The notes: generated from the letters alone by a model not told the origin. Counted from the first letter of the stretch, positions 1 through 9,609 are shown. The stretch: DNA of 64,000 bases from Promethearchaeota archaeon (GCA_019058295.1 JAHPZI010000030.1:141164-205163), one strand, 5' to 3'. Program-made: numbers and translations.

Positions 1-402
1 CTTCCAGAATCAATAGGAAAATTAAAATCACTTGAAATTTTGAACTTAAAGCGTAATAAAATGGAACCACTTCCAAAATCAATATATAGTCTAACTGCTC
101 TCAAAGAATTTCATGTGAATAGGAAAGTATATAAAAAGTCACCTGATTTAATAAAAATCTTAGAACAAAAAGGAGTTGATATTTCTAAATATGGAATAGA
201 TTTATTCAATGTGCTTGTTGCTATATCCTTAGGATTACCTTTCTATATATTCATAACTTTTATTATAACTGTGGTTTTCATTAGTCAAGAAACAATTATA
301 GTTATAATTATTCTTCTGACTTCAATATTTTTATATTATCTTTTAGGAAGAGCTATAATTGATATTGGAACAAAAAGAAAAAATAAAAAAGATAAGGAAT
401 AA
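1..402 (+). CDS. Leucine-rich-repeat protein with C-terminal transmembrane hairpin (5' part lies outside the window)
   Basis: Frame open from base 1: LPESIGKLKSLEILNLKRNKMEPLPKSIYSLTALKEF matches the LRR consensus, followed by two hydrophobic helices and a basic tail. Confidence 0.85.
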   Translation, partial: LPESIGKLKSLEILNLKRNKMEPLPKSIYSLTALKEFHVNRKVYKKSPDLIKILEQKGVDISKYGIDLFNVLVAISLGLPFYIFITFIITVVFISQETIIVIIILLTSIFLYYLLGRAIIDIGTKRKNKKDKE

Positions 403-450
403 CTATTTGGATTTGAAATTTGAGATAAAATTCAATCGTGAACTTTAATT

Positions 451-589
451 ATGAGTGAGTTAGATTCTTTCAGAGGCGCTGAAATTCCAAAAAAAGGAGC
501 CGAAGTATTAGAAGAGTTAGAAATTTTAATAAAAAAAACAATTCAAGTTAGTTGATGAGATTATGTATTGCAAAATATGTTTTGTATAA
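451..589 (+). pseudogene. Stranded, frameshifted N-terminal stub, probably of an LRR-protein gene
   Basis: ATG451 MSELDSFRGAEIPKKGAEVLEELEILIKK; a shift in the A8 run (531-538) continues QFKLVDEIMYCKICFV*. Resembles, from memory, the N-cap of lokiarchaeal LRR proteins. Confidence 0.45.
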
Positions 590-603
590 AATAGTGAAGA
601 ATT

Positions 604-1263
604 ATGAAAGCCAATAGGGAAAGATGTATTTACTGCGACTCCGTACTTAAAAGAAGCAAGTTAAGTTGTCCTCAATGTAATGAAAAAATTTTTACTAAAG
701 AGAATTATATTAAAAATCTCCCGTGGCTTTTTATTTTACGCACATTAATAATAGCTAGTATTATACTTGCTATTATAATGTTCTCAGGGTGGTTATTTGT
801 ATTTTTAATTTCAGGGAATGACGCTTTAAGGTTTGTTGTTATTTTTTATATAGGATTAATAGTTGCTATGATATCTGCTTTAATTATACATAAAATATTT
901 GAAAGTGGACAATTTATAATCTCAAATAAAAGTATTCAATTTAAGATGAGGAATGAGAAAGCTATTGAATTTGTATGGAATGAAATAAATAAAATAGAAA
1001 TAATAAAAGAAAGATATCGAACGAGGTCAGGTTCAGAAACAGGATCCTCAATTGTAACAGGATATAACCTAAAATTCTATCTTCCCGAAGGAGAAAGATC
1101 TTTGAGACTTTGGTGTTTATACTTTACAAGAGACAAATCTGTTGAAAAAGTAATTGAACTAATAAAAGAATTCTCTAAATATTTTAAGAAAGAAATAAAG
1201 GAATCAGACGATTTAGAAGATATTAAATATCGTAGATTCGATTGTCCCAAAAAAATAAAATAG
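604..1263 (+). CDS. Hypothetical membrane protein: zinc ribbon, 2 TM helices, possible PH-like domain
   Basis: CIYC..CPQC, two hydrophobic helices, then FIISNKSIQF..IEFVWNEINKIEI beta pattern typical of bacterial PH domains. Confidence 0.7.
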   Translation: MKANRERCIYCDSVLKRSKLSCPQCNEKIFTKENYIKNLPWLFILRTLIIASIILAIIMFSGWLFVFLISGNDALRFVVIFYIGLIVAMISALIIHKIFESGQFIISNKSIQFKMRNEKAIEFVWNEINKIEIIKERYRTRSGSETGSSIVTGYNLKFYLPEGERSLRLWCLYFTRDKSVEKVIELIKEFSKYFKKEIKESDDLEDIKYRRFDCPKKIK

Positions 1264-1325
1264 ATTTTTTAGATTGAATATTAAATGTTTAGGAATGAAA
1301 TAATAGACAAAAACTCATTGAGAAT

Positions 1326-1967
1326 ATGGAAAAAATTGAAGCTTTATTAGAAGAGGATGAGAGAATCTTATGGAAACATGTTAAGATTGAATATATCTTG
1401 AGATATATTTATAAGGCAATAATTGTTAGCTTGTTTATTCCAAGCTTTATTCTCATATTTTTTCTTCTAATTTATTTATTTGGTGAGATAAAAAGTATTT
1501 TAATGTTGATACTCTTTTGTGTCATCCTCCTGTCTATGGAGGTTGCTGTTATTTTTATTTTTTATGAAGATTTTGAGACTAAAAAGAAATCTTTTGAAAA
1601 TATCCATTTAAACCTTAAAGATTATAAAAAATACAATGAAATGTACATCATAACGAATAAGAGATGGTTTCATAAACATTATGGCTATACGGAAGAATTT
1701 ATCTGCGATGCTTATTCATTTCATCAACAAAAAGATGAGATTCTGTTTTTTCCTTTTAATTCTATTAAAATAATTAGATTTGAATTGAAAAAACGCAAAA
1801 TTACATTTTTTAATAATTATGATCTTTATATTATGAAGAGCGGATTAGAATATGAAATATCTTCAAAATCGGATTTTCAGGAATTAGTGAGGATTATTAA
1901 AGATACTTTTCCAATTGAAAAAGAAGAACTTCATAAGAAAGGAGAGATATTATTTTTACAGAATTAA
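1326..1967 (+). CDS. Hypothetical membrane protein (2 TM, PH-like C-terminus)
   Basis: LEEDERILW start, two TM helices, YIITNKR motif. Confidence 0.7.
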   Translation: MEKIEALLEEDERILWKHVKIEYILRYIYKAIIVSLFIPSFILIFFLLIYLFGEIKSILMLILFCVILLSMEVAVIFIFYEDFETKKKSFENIHLNLKDYKKYNEMYIITNKRWFHKHYGYTEEFICDAYSFHQQKDEILFFPFNSIKIIRFELKKRKITFFNNYDLYIMKSGLEYEISSKSDFQELVRIIKDTFPIEKEELHKKGEILFLQN

Positions 1968-1974
1968 TTTTAAC

Positions 1975-2008
1975 ATTCAGAGAATCTTATATCTTGGACT
2001 AAATATAA
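1975..2008 (+). repeat. 34-bp imperfect direct repeat, copy 1
   Basis: attcagagaatcttatatcttggactaaatatat; 30/34 identical to 2542-2575. Confidence 0.8.
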
Positions 2009-2066
2009 TATTTATATAGCGAAGAATCGCAATATATATTAAGATAAAATTCAAGTTGTATAAATT

Positions 2067-2501
2067 GTGGTAAAGAAGTTTCGAAGAGATAGAATAGATG
2101 AAGTTTCAATAGTTTATATGCGGTTGGTTTTTTTAGGTTTTGTTTTAAGCCTTAGTACTGCTGGAATATGTTTACTATTATACGATTTTCTTCCTAAAAT
2201 TTTAGCATCATTTATTATATCAATAAGCATTAGTCTCACATTAATATTTTTTTACTTATTTGACCGAATTTTCCTTTTTCTTCCGAGTTATACTGGGGGG
2301 ATAATGTTTTTTTTGCTCGGAATAACTCTTTTTTTGATATTTCTTATATATGATCCATTTGGAGATATTACCCTGATCGCATTTCTAATTCTCACATTTG
2401 TTATGACAGTCTTCGGAATTATCTATATTTATGAAGGAATAAGATTTAGTCTCGAACAAAGAAAGAAGAAAAAATCCAAGAAACATGGAAAAAAAAGCTA
2501 A
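2067..2501 (+). CDS. Hypothetical 4-TM membrane protein
   Basis: 144-aa ORF, four hydrophobic segments, Lys-rich tail, GTG start. Confidence 0.7.
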   Translation: MVKKFRRDRIDEVSIVYMRLVFLGFVLSLSTAGICLLLYDFLPKILASFIISISISLTLIFFYLFDRIFLFLPSYTGGIMFFLLGITLFLIFLIYDPFGDITLIAFLILTFVMTVFGIIYIYEGIRFSLEQRKKKKSKKHGKKS

Positions 2502-2541
2502 ATACGATATTTAGGAAGAAAAAGCAGAAATTATTAATTAG

Positions 2542-2575
2542 ATTTAGAGAATCTTATATCTTAGAATAGATATAT
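2542..2575 (+). repeat. 34-bp imperfect direct repeat, copy 2
   Basis: atttagagaatcttatatcttagaatagatatat; 567 bp from copy 1. Confidence 0.8.
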
Positions 2576-2708
2576 GACTTCTCAATGTGATTTAAATAGA
2601 GTAGTTTAAAACCTTTTTTTTAAAAAATTGAATTGATGTTAATATTCATTTTTTTTACTTTTGATAAATATTTATAAATACCGGGGTATAATTAGTTCTG
2701 TATTTATT

Positions 2709-4172
2709 ATGATTGAAAAAAAAGAGAATAATGATATTTATTTAGATTATGAAAACCATCGTTGTATTAGCGGACATTGTAAACCAAATCAACGAGCCAT
2801 TTTTGGAAAAGCTTTAAAAAATTCTCAGGGAAAAATAACTTTCAAAAAATTTGATGTTTTTACAAGTTCTGAGTGGGGTAATTATTATGGAATTATTTAT
2901 AGAATCATTGATACTAATAAGGATAATTCATTACAAAGAAGAAAATTTTACATCGGGAGAACAATCCAAAAGCTAAAAGAGAGGTTTAGACAACATTTCA
3001 AAAGTCCTCCAAATTCTTTTCTTGCCAAAGCTTTTGCTCGTTATAATAAAAGATTTACAATTGTTGAAAATGGGATAATAAATGACTCAATGTCATACAG
3101 AACTAAAGGTGGTGAATTTATTATTGAAGTACTTAAATATTGTATCGATGTCGATTCAATTAATAAAAATGAAATCGACGAAATTGAACGCCATCAATCA
3201 TGGATTACTAAATATGGTACTCATTATGGTTATAATATAAATAGAGGTGGAGGAGATCGTGGGGTTCCTAAGGAAGGGCAAAAGGGCGAAGATCACTATA
3301 GATGGATAAATATAGATGAAGGTTTATTAATTCAATTAATTCAAAAAGGATTATTATTGGATGAAATCGCAGGTGAATTTGGTACATCAACTCCTACGAT
3401 TGAAAGAAGAATTAGGGATTTTAAAATTAAATATAGTGTAAAAAATATAACTGAAGCCAGAAAATTATTTGGCGGGGAACAAAAAGCCAATAAAAGGAGA
3501 AGTTATATTAATTCAATGGCTCATCCAAATAAAAAAATAATCTTAGATGAAGATATGATTGAACAAATTGAACTATTAAAAACCAGATTAGAAATTCAAA
3601 AAATTCTAAAAATAGGGCATGTCCAATTTTATGATAAGTTGAATGAAATGGGATATGAAGGGTTAGATGATATTCGAGATGATCTGGGTGTATTAGAAGA
3701 TTATAAAAAACAGTATGCAGAGAGATTGAGCAGATCATTGTCAAAAGATGTTGATATAGATAAATTTATCGAAGCGATTATATCTGGTTTAAATAAAGAG
3801 GAGCTAGAAGAAAAATTTGGAATTGGTGATATATTGTTTTATAAGACATTAAAAAAGATTGGATACGATAGTCTTCCTATTGCTAGAAAGGATTTAGGTG
3901 GGCAATTAAATTTTGAATTTCGAAGATATATAAAATATTCTAAACATGTTTTAGAAGCTTTGAATGTTCTTTTGAAAAATAATAAAGATTTTACAGCACA
4001 AATGCTTGGTGAAAGTTTAAATATATCAGAAAACGGTGCTTACCATCATATATCAAAACATTTAATACGTTATGGATTAGTTGAAGAACTCCCAAATCAA
4101 GAATATAGAAAAAAAAGACGATATAGATTAACTAATTTTGGGAATGAATTATTGTATAAGCTATTTTCTTAG
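2709..4172 (+). CDS. Free-standing GIY-YIG endonuclease with three tandem HTH-like repeats and a C-terminal winged helix
   Basis: GIIY...FYIG, KERFRQH, Glu in KNE, GYNINRGG; three repeats ending ARKLFGG/IRDDLG/ARKDLGG; YRLTNFG wHTH ending. ATG2709 preferred to TTG2661. Confidence 0.8.
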   Translation: MIEKKENNDIYLDYENHRCISGHCKPNQRAIFGKALKNSQGKITFKKFDVFTSSEWGNYYGIIYRIIDTNKDNSLQRRKFYIGRTIQKLKERFRQHFKSPPNSFLAKAFARYNKRFTIVENGIINDSMSYRTKGGEFIIEVLKYCIDVDSINKNEIDEIERHQSWITKYGTHYGYNINRGGGDRGVPKEGQKGEDHYRWINIDEGLLIQLIQKGLLLDEIAGEFGTSTPTIERRIRDFKIKYSVKNITEARKLFGGEQKANKRRSYINSMAHPNKKIILDEDMIEQIELLKTRLEIQKILKIGHVQFYDKLNEMGYEGLDDIRDDLGVLEDYKKQYAERLSRSLSKDVDIDKFIEAIISGLNKEELEEKFGIGDILFYKTLKKIGYDSLPIARKDLGGQLNFEFRRYIKYSKHVLEALNVLLKNNKDFTAQMLGESLNISENGAYHHISKHLIRYGLVEELPNQEYRKKRRYRLTNFGNELLYKLFS

Positions 4173-4326
4173 TATTTTTATAGATAAAGTCATTTTAACT
4201 TCTGTATTAGTTAATTTGTAATTAGCAAGTAAAAAATATCTATAGAATTACAAAAAATTATTATTATTTTTTTAACTTTTTATACTACTGTAAAAAGTAT
4301 TTAAGAATCTTCGATGTGATGATAAA

Positions 4327-4986
4327 TTGAAAAGAATTGTGCTTCTGGGAGCACCAGGAAGTGGTAAAGGAACCTTTTCTGCGCAAATAAAGAAGGTCTT
4401 GCCAGATATTATTCATGTTAGTACTGGAGATATATTTAGAGAAAACGTAAAGAATAACACTGAATTAGGAAAAAAAGCTAAATCATATATGGATCGTGGA
4501 GAGCTTGTTCCAGACAGTTTAGTTATCGATCTTGTTATAGATAGATTAAATAAAAAAGATATTCTTGAAAATGGATTCATTTTGGACGGTTTTCCAAGAA
4601 ATATTGAACAAAGTAATGCATTACAGGAGAACAGTAGCATTGACATTGTACTTTTACTAGAAGTCAGTAGAGACGTCATAACGAAAAGAATTTTAGGAAG
4701 GTTTGGTTGTAATAAATGTGGCGAGATATATAATAAATATACCTTACCGCCTAAAATAGAAAAAGGGGAGGATCAATGGATTTGCGATAAATGTGGCGCC
4801 GAAATAAAATTTGAGCAAAGAAGCGACGATACTGAAGAAACATTGAAGAATCGTCTAGATGCCTACGAAAAAAATGCCAAACCGATAATTAAATATTATA
4901 AAAAGAAGAAATTATTGAAAAAGGTTGACGCCGAAAATACTTTAGAATTGTCTGCTGCTGATATTAAAAAAATAATTGAAGTTTAG
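4327..4986 (+). CDS. adk: Adenylate kinase (bacterial type, zinc lid)
   Basis: GAPGSGKGT, STGDIFR, GELVPD, LDGFPR, CNKC..CDKC, QRSDD. Confidence 0.95.
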   Translation: MKRIVLLGAPGSGKGTFSAQIKKVLPDIIHVSTGDIFRENVKNNTELGKKAKSYMDRGELVPDSLVIDLVIDRLNKKDILENGFILDGFPRNIEQSNALQENSSIDIVLLLEVSRDVITKRILGRFGCNKCGEIYNKYTLPPKIEKGEDQWICDKCGAEIKFEQRSDDTEETLKNRLDAYEKNAKPIIKYYKKKKLLKKVDAENTLELSAADIKKIIEV

Positions 4987-5008
4987 TATAAAATCAAATT
5001 GATATTAC

Positions 5009-5761
5009 ATGAAATTTAACATTTGCGTTGCAATTCCAATTAAATCAGGAAATGTAAAGGAGAATGAAGAAATAATTAAAAGAGTGTTAGAAACTAAGCC
5101 TGATCTAATTGAATTTAGATTTGATTACATTGATGAAATTTCGGAATTAACACCTGATTTTATAAAGAGCTTACTAGATCTTGTAGGATCTAATATTTTA
5201 TCCATTTTTACATTTAGGGATCCCTCTGAAGGAGGTCAATGCGATTTAAATAAAGAAGAGCGCATAAAAATAATAAAATTATTGATTGAAGCTCAGCCTG
5301 AATATCTTGATATTGAAATGAACACAGAAATAGAAAATCTAAGAGAAATTATAAATTTCGCTAATGAAAATGTAAAGCTCATATTTTCTTATCATGATTT
5401 TGATAAAACCCCATCTTTGGAAGTGGCAACTAGTATATTTGAAAAATTTAAAGATAAATTACTTAATAATCATTTAGTTGATTTTTTAAGTTTTAAAAAA
5501 ATTACTTATAAATTGATATTTACTGCTAAAAAATTTGAAGATAACTTAATTCCAATAAAATTATGTAGAGATATATCTGCGAAAGAAAAAAATCAGGGCA
5601 TTATTAGTTTTTGTATGGGAGAATTAGGCATTTTCTCAAGAATAACATGTGCAAAGCTTGGCTCACTCTTAACTTATGGTTCTTTAGAGGATAAAACTGC
5701 ACCAGGACAAATAAATATTAAAAAAATTAGAGAAATACATCAATTATTATTTAATAATTAA
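5009..5761 (+). CDS. aroD: Type I 3-dehydroquinate dehydratase
   Basis: IEFRFD, FTFRDPSEGG, SYHDF, MGELGIFSR, TAPGQ. Confidence 0.93.
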   Translation: MKFNICVAIPIKSGNVKENEEIIKRVLETKPDLIEFRFDYIDEISELTPDFIKSLLDLVGSNILSIFTFRDPSEGGQCDLNKEERIKIIKLLIEAQPEYLDIEMNTEIENLREIINFANENVKLIFSYHDFDKTPSLEVATSIFEKFKDKLLNNHLVDFLSFKKITYKLIFTAKKFEDNLIPIKLCRDISAKEKNQGIISFCMGELGIFSRITCAKLGSLLTYGSLEDKTAPGQINIKKIREIHQLLFNN

Positions 5762-5770
5762 AAATTAGAA

Positions 5771-7300
5771 ATGACGCTAAAAAAGGAAAGATCAATTTCA
5801 GAAATTTCCATTATACCCGAACCAGTAAAGATTATTCCGGAAGATGGAGAATTTATTTTAACCAATAAGACAGTTATTCTAACGGATGCACAATTAAAAA
5901 AGAATGCTGAATTTTTAAAAAAAATACTAACTCAAGCGACGGGTTTTAATCTACCCATCAAAGAGATCCCTCCAAGAGATAAAGATTCCAATGTTATAAT
6001 CCTTAAAGTTAATGATAATAACAAAAAATTAAAGCCAGAAGGATATTCTCTTCATATTTCTCCAACAGAGATTAATATATCTGCTATCACGCCCGCAGGA
6101 GTATTTTATGGCATCCAAACATTATTACAGATTCTTCCCCCTGAAATAGAAAGTTCCAATGCAACAAACTTAGTATGGGCTATTCTATGTGTTAAAATTG
6201 AGGATTATCCCCGTTTTCCTTGGAGAGGATTTATGCTGGACGAATCAAGACACTTTTTTGGCAAAGATGTAGTAAAAAAATTGCTTGATCAAATGGCGCG
6301 TCTAAAATTTAATAAGTTTCATTGGCATCTTACAGATGATCAAGGCTGGCGCATTGAGATAAAAAAATATCCTCTTCTTACAGAGATAGGATCGAAAAGG
6401 AAAGGAACAATCACTCCTCAAAATCGATTAGATGGAATTCCTGTTTCTGGTTTTTATTCACAAAATGACTTAAAAGAAATTATTGATTATGCTGCTGAAC
6501 GATTTATTACAATTATTCCTGAAATAGATGTTCCCGGTCATACTACAGCATTTATCGCTTCATATCCAGAGTTAAGCTGTACAGGTGGACCCTTCGAGGT
6601 CAGCACTCATTTTGGTATTCATAGAGAGGTTTTATGTATAGGAAAAGAAAAAACATTTCAAGTTGTCCAAGATATTTTTGATGAAATCATAGAGATCTTT
6701 CCTTCTGAGATAATTCATACTGGGGGAGATGAAACTCCTACAAGAAGATGGAAAAGATGTCCTGATTGTCAAACTCGATTGAATAAAGAAGGGCTTGAGA
6801 AATTAGGAGATTTACAAGTTTACTTCACAAATAGAATTGCGGATTACTTATCTTCTCAAGGATGCAGATTAATGGGTTGGAATGAAATTCTAAATGAAAA
6901 GTTATCTAAAAATGCCGTTTGCCAATATTGGTTCGGTCAAATATTGGAAGTTATAGATCATATAAGAAACGGAAGGGACGTAATTATGTCAGAAATGACT
7001 GCTGTCTATTTAAATTATCCTTATAAAATAACTCCATTAATTAAAACTTATCAATATGATCCTATTCCAAATGATTTAGAAGAAAAATATCATCAATATA
7101 TCCTTGGAATTGAAGCTTGTTTATGGGCTGAATTTGTTAAAGATCGTAAGCGTTTGGAATGGCAAGTATTTCCGCGCCTAATTGCTGTAGCAGAAACAGG
7201 ATGGACTCCTAAAAAGAAAAAGAATTTCAACTCATTTGAAAAACGTCTTGATTCTTATCTTAAAAGATTAGAAATAAGTGGAATTAATTACGGTCAGTAA
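5771..7300 (+). CDS. Beta-N-acetylhexosaminidase (GH20), no obvious signal peptide
   Basis: DYPRFPWRGFMLDESRHF, HWHLTDDQGWR, PEIDVPGH, HTGGDE, WAE, FPRL. Confidence 0.95.
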   Translation: MTLKKERSISEISIIPEPVKIIPEDGEFILTNKTVILTDAQLKKNAEFLKKILTQATGFNLPIKEIPPRDKDSNVIILKVNDNNKKLKPEGYSLHISPTEINISAITPAGVFYGIQTLLQILPPEIESSNATNLVWAILCVKIEDYPRFPWRGFMLDESRHFFGKDVVKKLLDQMARLKFNKFHWHLTDDQGWRIEIKKYPLLTEIGSKRKGTITPQNRLDGIPVSGFYSQNDLKEIIDYAAERFITIIPEIDVPGHTTAFIASYPELSCTGGPFEVSTHFGIHREVLCIGKEKTFQVVQDIFDEIIEIFPSEIIHTGGDETPTRRWKRCPDCQTRLNKEGLEKLGDLQVYFTNRIADYLSSQGCRLMGWNEILNEKLSKNAVCQYWFGQILEVIDHIRNGRDVIMSEMTAVYLNYPYKITPLIKTYQYDPIPNDLEEKYHQYILGIEACLWAEFVKDRKRLEWQVFPRLIAVAETGWTPKKKKNFNSFEKRLDSYLKRLEISGINYGQ

Positions 7301-8792
7301 TAGAAATTACATTAAAATTGTTGTTGGAATCAAAATGAACGGGAAAAGTTTGTCCAACGAGTTCTTGTTGCTCCAGATTTAACAATACCTCTGTGTTTGC
7401 TTCTATATATGCAAGAGTGCGACGAGAGTTCTCAAGATGGCCGATTACAACACCTCGCCTCGGATATCCTTTTCTGTCGTAAATAAATGTATAACCCTCA
7501 ATAGTAAGTTGACCATTTGCTTCTTCAACTGGTTCTGGTAAAATCTCTGCTAAAATTGATTGTTGTACCTTGGCCTCATCATTATCGCCCCATAATTTAA
7601 CAGGTGGATCATTACCATAAATTCCAAATGATTGTTTATTATTATATCCTCCATTGGCTACAACCATTATTTTTAATGAGGGATTTTTACGAATAAGATT
7701 AATAGTTGATACAATTGCATGCATCGTATAATTACTCCAGGGACCACCAAAAAAAGGATTTCCTCCCGTTACAGTTAGGTCTCGAGTATCATTTTCAGGA
7801 ATGCCAATTTCTTTCATCATGATTTCTACAATGGAAGGAAAGCAACTATATAGGTCAAATTTATCAATATTTTCCAGCGTGAGACCAGCTTGTTCTAAGG
7901 CAAGTCGTGATCCTTCCCTAGATGCTGGAGAATCGTGAATTCGTGGACGTCGTGTAATATCGTGGATGTTTTTAAGATCGGCACAACCCATTAGATAAAT
8001 CCAACGTTTTTTATCAATTTTGAATTTTTCAGCAATCTTCTCATTCGTCATTATTAGAGTGGCAGCTTGATCGACGAACATATTTGAACACATGCGTTTA
8101 GTGTAAGGATAATTTATAATACGATTTTCAGGAGTAGCAGTGGCTATTTCTTCAGCACTATAAGCTTTTTTAGTCCAAGAATTTGGATTTTTGGATGCAA
8201 TTTTAGCAAATCTTTCAAAAAGTTCTCCTATATACCGTTTATGCTCTTCCAGACTTCTACCAGACGCAGCGCGTATAGCTGTCTCAAAAATGGCATAACT
8301 ACAAGAAGGGAATATCAGTTTGTAGTGATTCTCAAAATGATTTATACCATTCCAACGTTCTCCTTCCATGTATTTAGGATTTTTGCGTTTAGGCCAATTT
8401 CTAGGTGTTAAACTGGTTCGTGAAGCTGTATAGTGAGCTTCACCACCTGTAATAAGAATTGCTTGGCTTTTTCCAGAGTATATGGCCTTAGCAGCCCGAT
8501 TTACCATCATCTGAGGTGTATTACCACCATCTGGCAAATAAACTTTTTGGACAGGCTTTATTCCGAGTATTTTGCTAAGTTCACCTGGAGCATCCTCATA
8601 AGACCAGCTAAAGACATTAATCATGTAGATTGTATCTATTAATTCCTTTATACCATCTGTTCCAACATCTTTAAGAGCCATTTGGCCAGTTTTGACCATT
8701 AAATTAAGAGGATCAACTGCTTGAGTAGTTTCTTTAGGTTGTGTATACTGAGCTACTCCTACAATTATAGGATTATTTTCTTTACTCACCAT
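7284..8792 (-). CDS. Thiolase-like protein (acetyl-CoA acetyltransferase superfamily) with extra C-terminal domain
   Basis: PIIVGVAQ, GGNTPQ, ITGGEA, YPYTK, DLYSCF, TVTGG, ANGG; ATG8792 taken as start. Confidence 0.85.
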   Translation of the reverse strand: MVSKENNPIIVGVAQYTQPKETTQAVDPLNLMVKTGQMALKDVGTDGIKELIDTIYMINVFSWSYEDAPGELSKILGIKPVQKVYLPDGGNTPQMMVNRAAKAIYSGKSQAILITGGEAHYTASRTSLTPRNWPKRKNPKYMEGERWNGINHFENHYKLIFPSCSYAIFETAIRAASGRSLEEHKRYIGELFERFAKIASKNPNSWTKKAYSAEEIATATPENRIINYPYTKRMCSNMFVDQAATLIMTNEKIAEKFKIDKKRWIYLMGCADLKNIHDITRRPRIHDSPASREGSRLALEQAGLTLENIDKFDLYSCFPSIVEIMMKEIGIPENDTRDLTVTGGNPFFGGPWSNYTMHAIVSTINLIRKNPSLKIMVVANGGYNNKQSFGIYGNDPPVKLWGDNDEAKVQQSILAEILPEPVEEANGQLTIEGYTFIYDRKGYPRRGVVIGHLENSRRTLAYIEANTEVLLNLEQQELVGQTFPVHFDSNNNFNVISITDRN

Positions 8793-8862
8793 TATCAAAT
8801 TAAAATATAGAAAAAAATATATCAATTATGATTTGATAAAAAATTATTAAGTGCTTTCTATT
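8760..8862. repeat. 103-bp direct repeat, copy 1 (promoter region plus first 11 codons of the thiolase-like gene)
   Basis: 94/103 identical, ungapped, to 9610-9712. Confidence 0.95.
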
Positions 8863-9550
8863 GAAAGCCTAAAAAGATCAAAATAACCCCTACACACTTT
8901 ATAATGTGAGAAATTGCATGAATTTGTATTCGGTCTAAGCCAGTCATATTTACAATCACAATTAGAATATATTCATTTAGCATTAATGATCCAACAAATA
9001 ATATTATAAAACCGAATAATGCTAATAGAGCTCTTTTTCTTATTATTCCATCACTTTTGATTGCGATATAAATATATGCTATAGGAATATAAAGCACCAT
9101 AATTGTTGGCAGGAACAAAAAGAAAGTGGCAAGTAAAAGATCTGTTGCGATCATTCCAAGAGATACAAATGTAATATAAATAAAAAACAATAGATATTTA
9201 TCACGACCATGTAGTATTCTTTTTTCTAATAAACCTATTAATAAACCAAGAGTAACTAATTGAAATCCATTTCCTATTTTCCACATGATAAGATTTTCTG
9301 AAGTCATGTTTTCAGATACGTTAAATTCAGTTGCAAAGTCAAAAATAGTATAAAATATTCGCCCAATACACAAGAAAAAAAAACATAACCCATATATTAA
9401 AAATATATAATATTTTTCTCTTGTAGATTCATGTTCTTTATTCATAACATAAAATTTTCTAATGAAAAATAAACCAAATATTATATAACAACCTAAGAGT
9501 ACTCCTAATGCAATAAAATAAAAAATTAAAATTGTGGTATCAATTTCCAT
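8858..9550 (-). CDS. Hypothetical polytopic (about 7 TM) membrane protein
   Basis: 230 aa with about seven hydrophobic helices; no catalytic motif recognised. Confidence 0.8.
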   Translation of the reverse strand: MEIDTTILIFYFIALGVLLGCYIIFGLFFIRKFYVMNKEHESTREKYYIFLIYGLCFFFLCIGRIFYTIFDFATEFNVSENMTSENLIMWKIGNGFQLVTLGLLIGLLEKRILHGRDKYLLFFIYITFVSLGMIATDLLLATFFLFLPTIMVLYIPIAYIYIAIKSDGIIRKRALLALFGFIILFVGSLMLNEYILIVIVNMTGLDRIQIHAISHIIKCVGVILIFLGFQ

Positions 9551-9609
9551 TTTTTCATCCCATCTAACTTATAATTTACAAAATTTTCTTAATTATAATT
9601 ATTATATAA

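Noticed and set aside
400-2660. Integron cassette array (attC sites between small co-oriented genes)
   Set aside because: AAC...GTT ends exist at about 1972-2057, but they do not fit RYYYAAC/GTTRRRY, the L boxes do not pair, the other spacers lack the pattern, and no integrase is present
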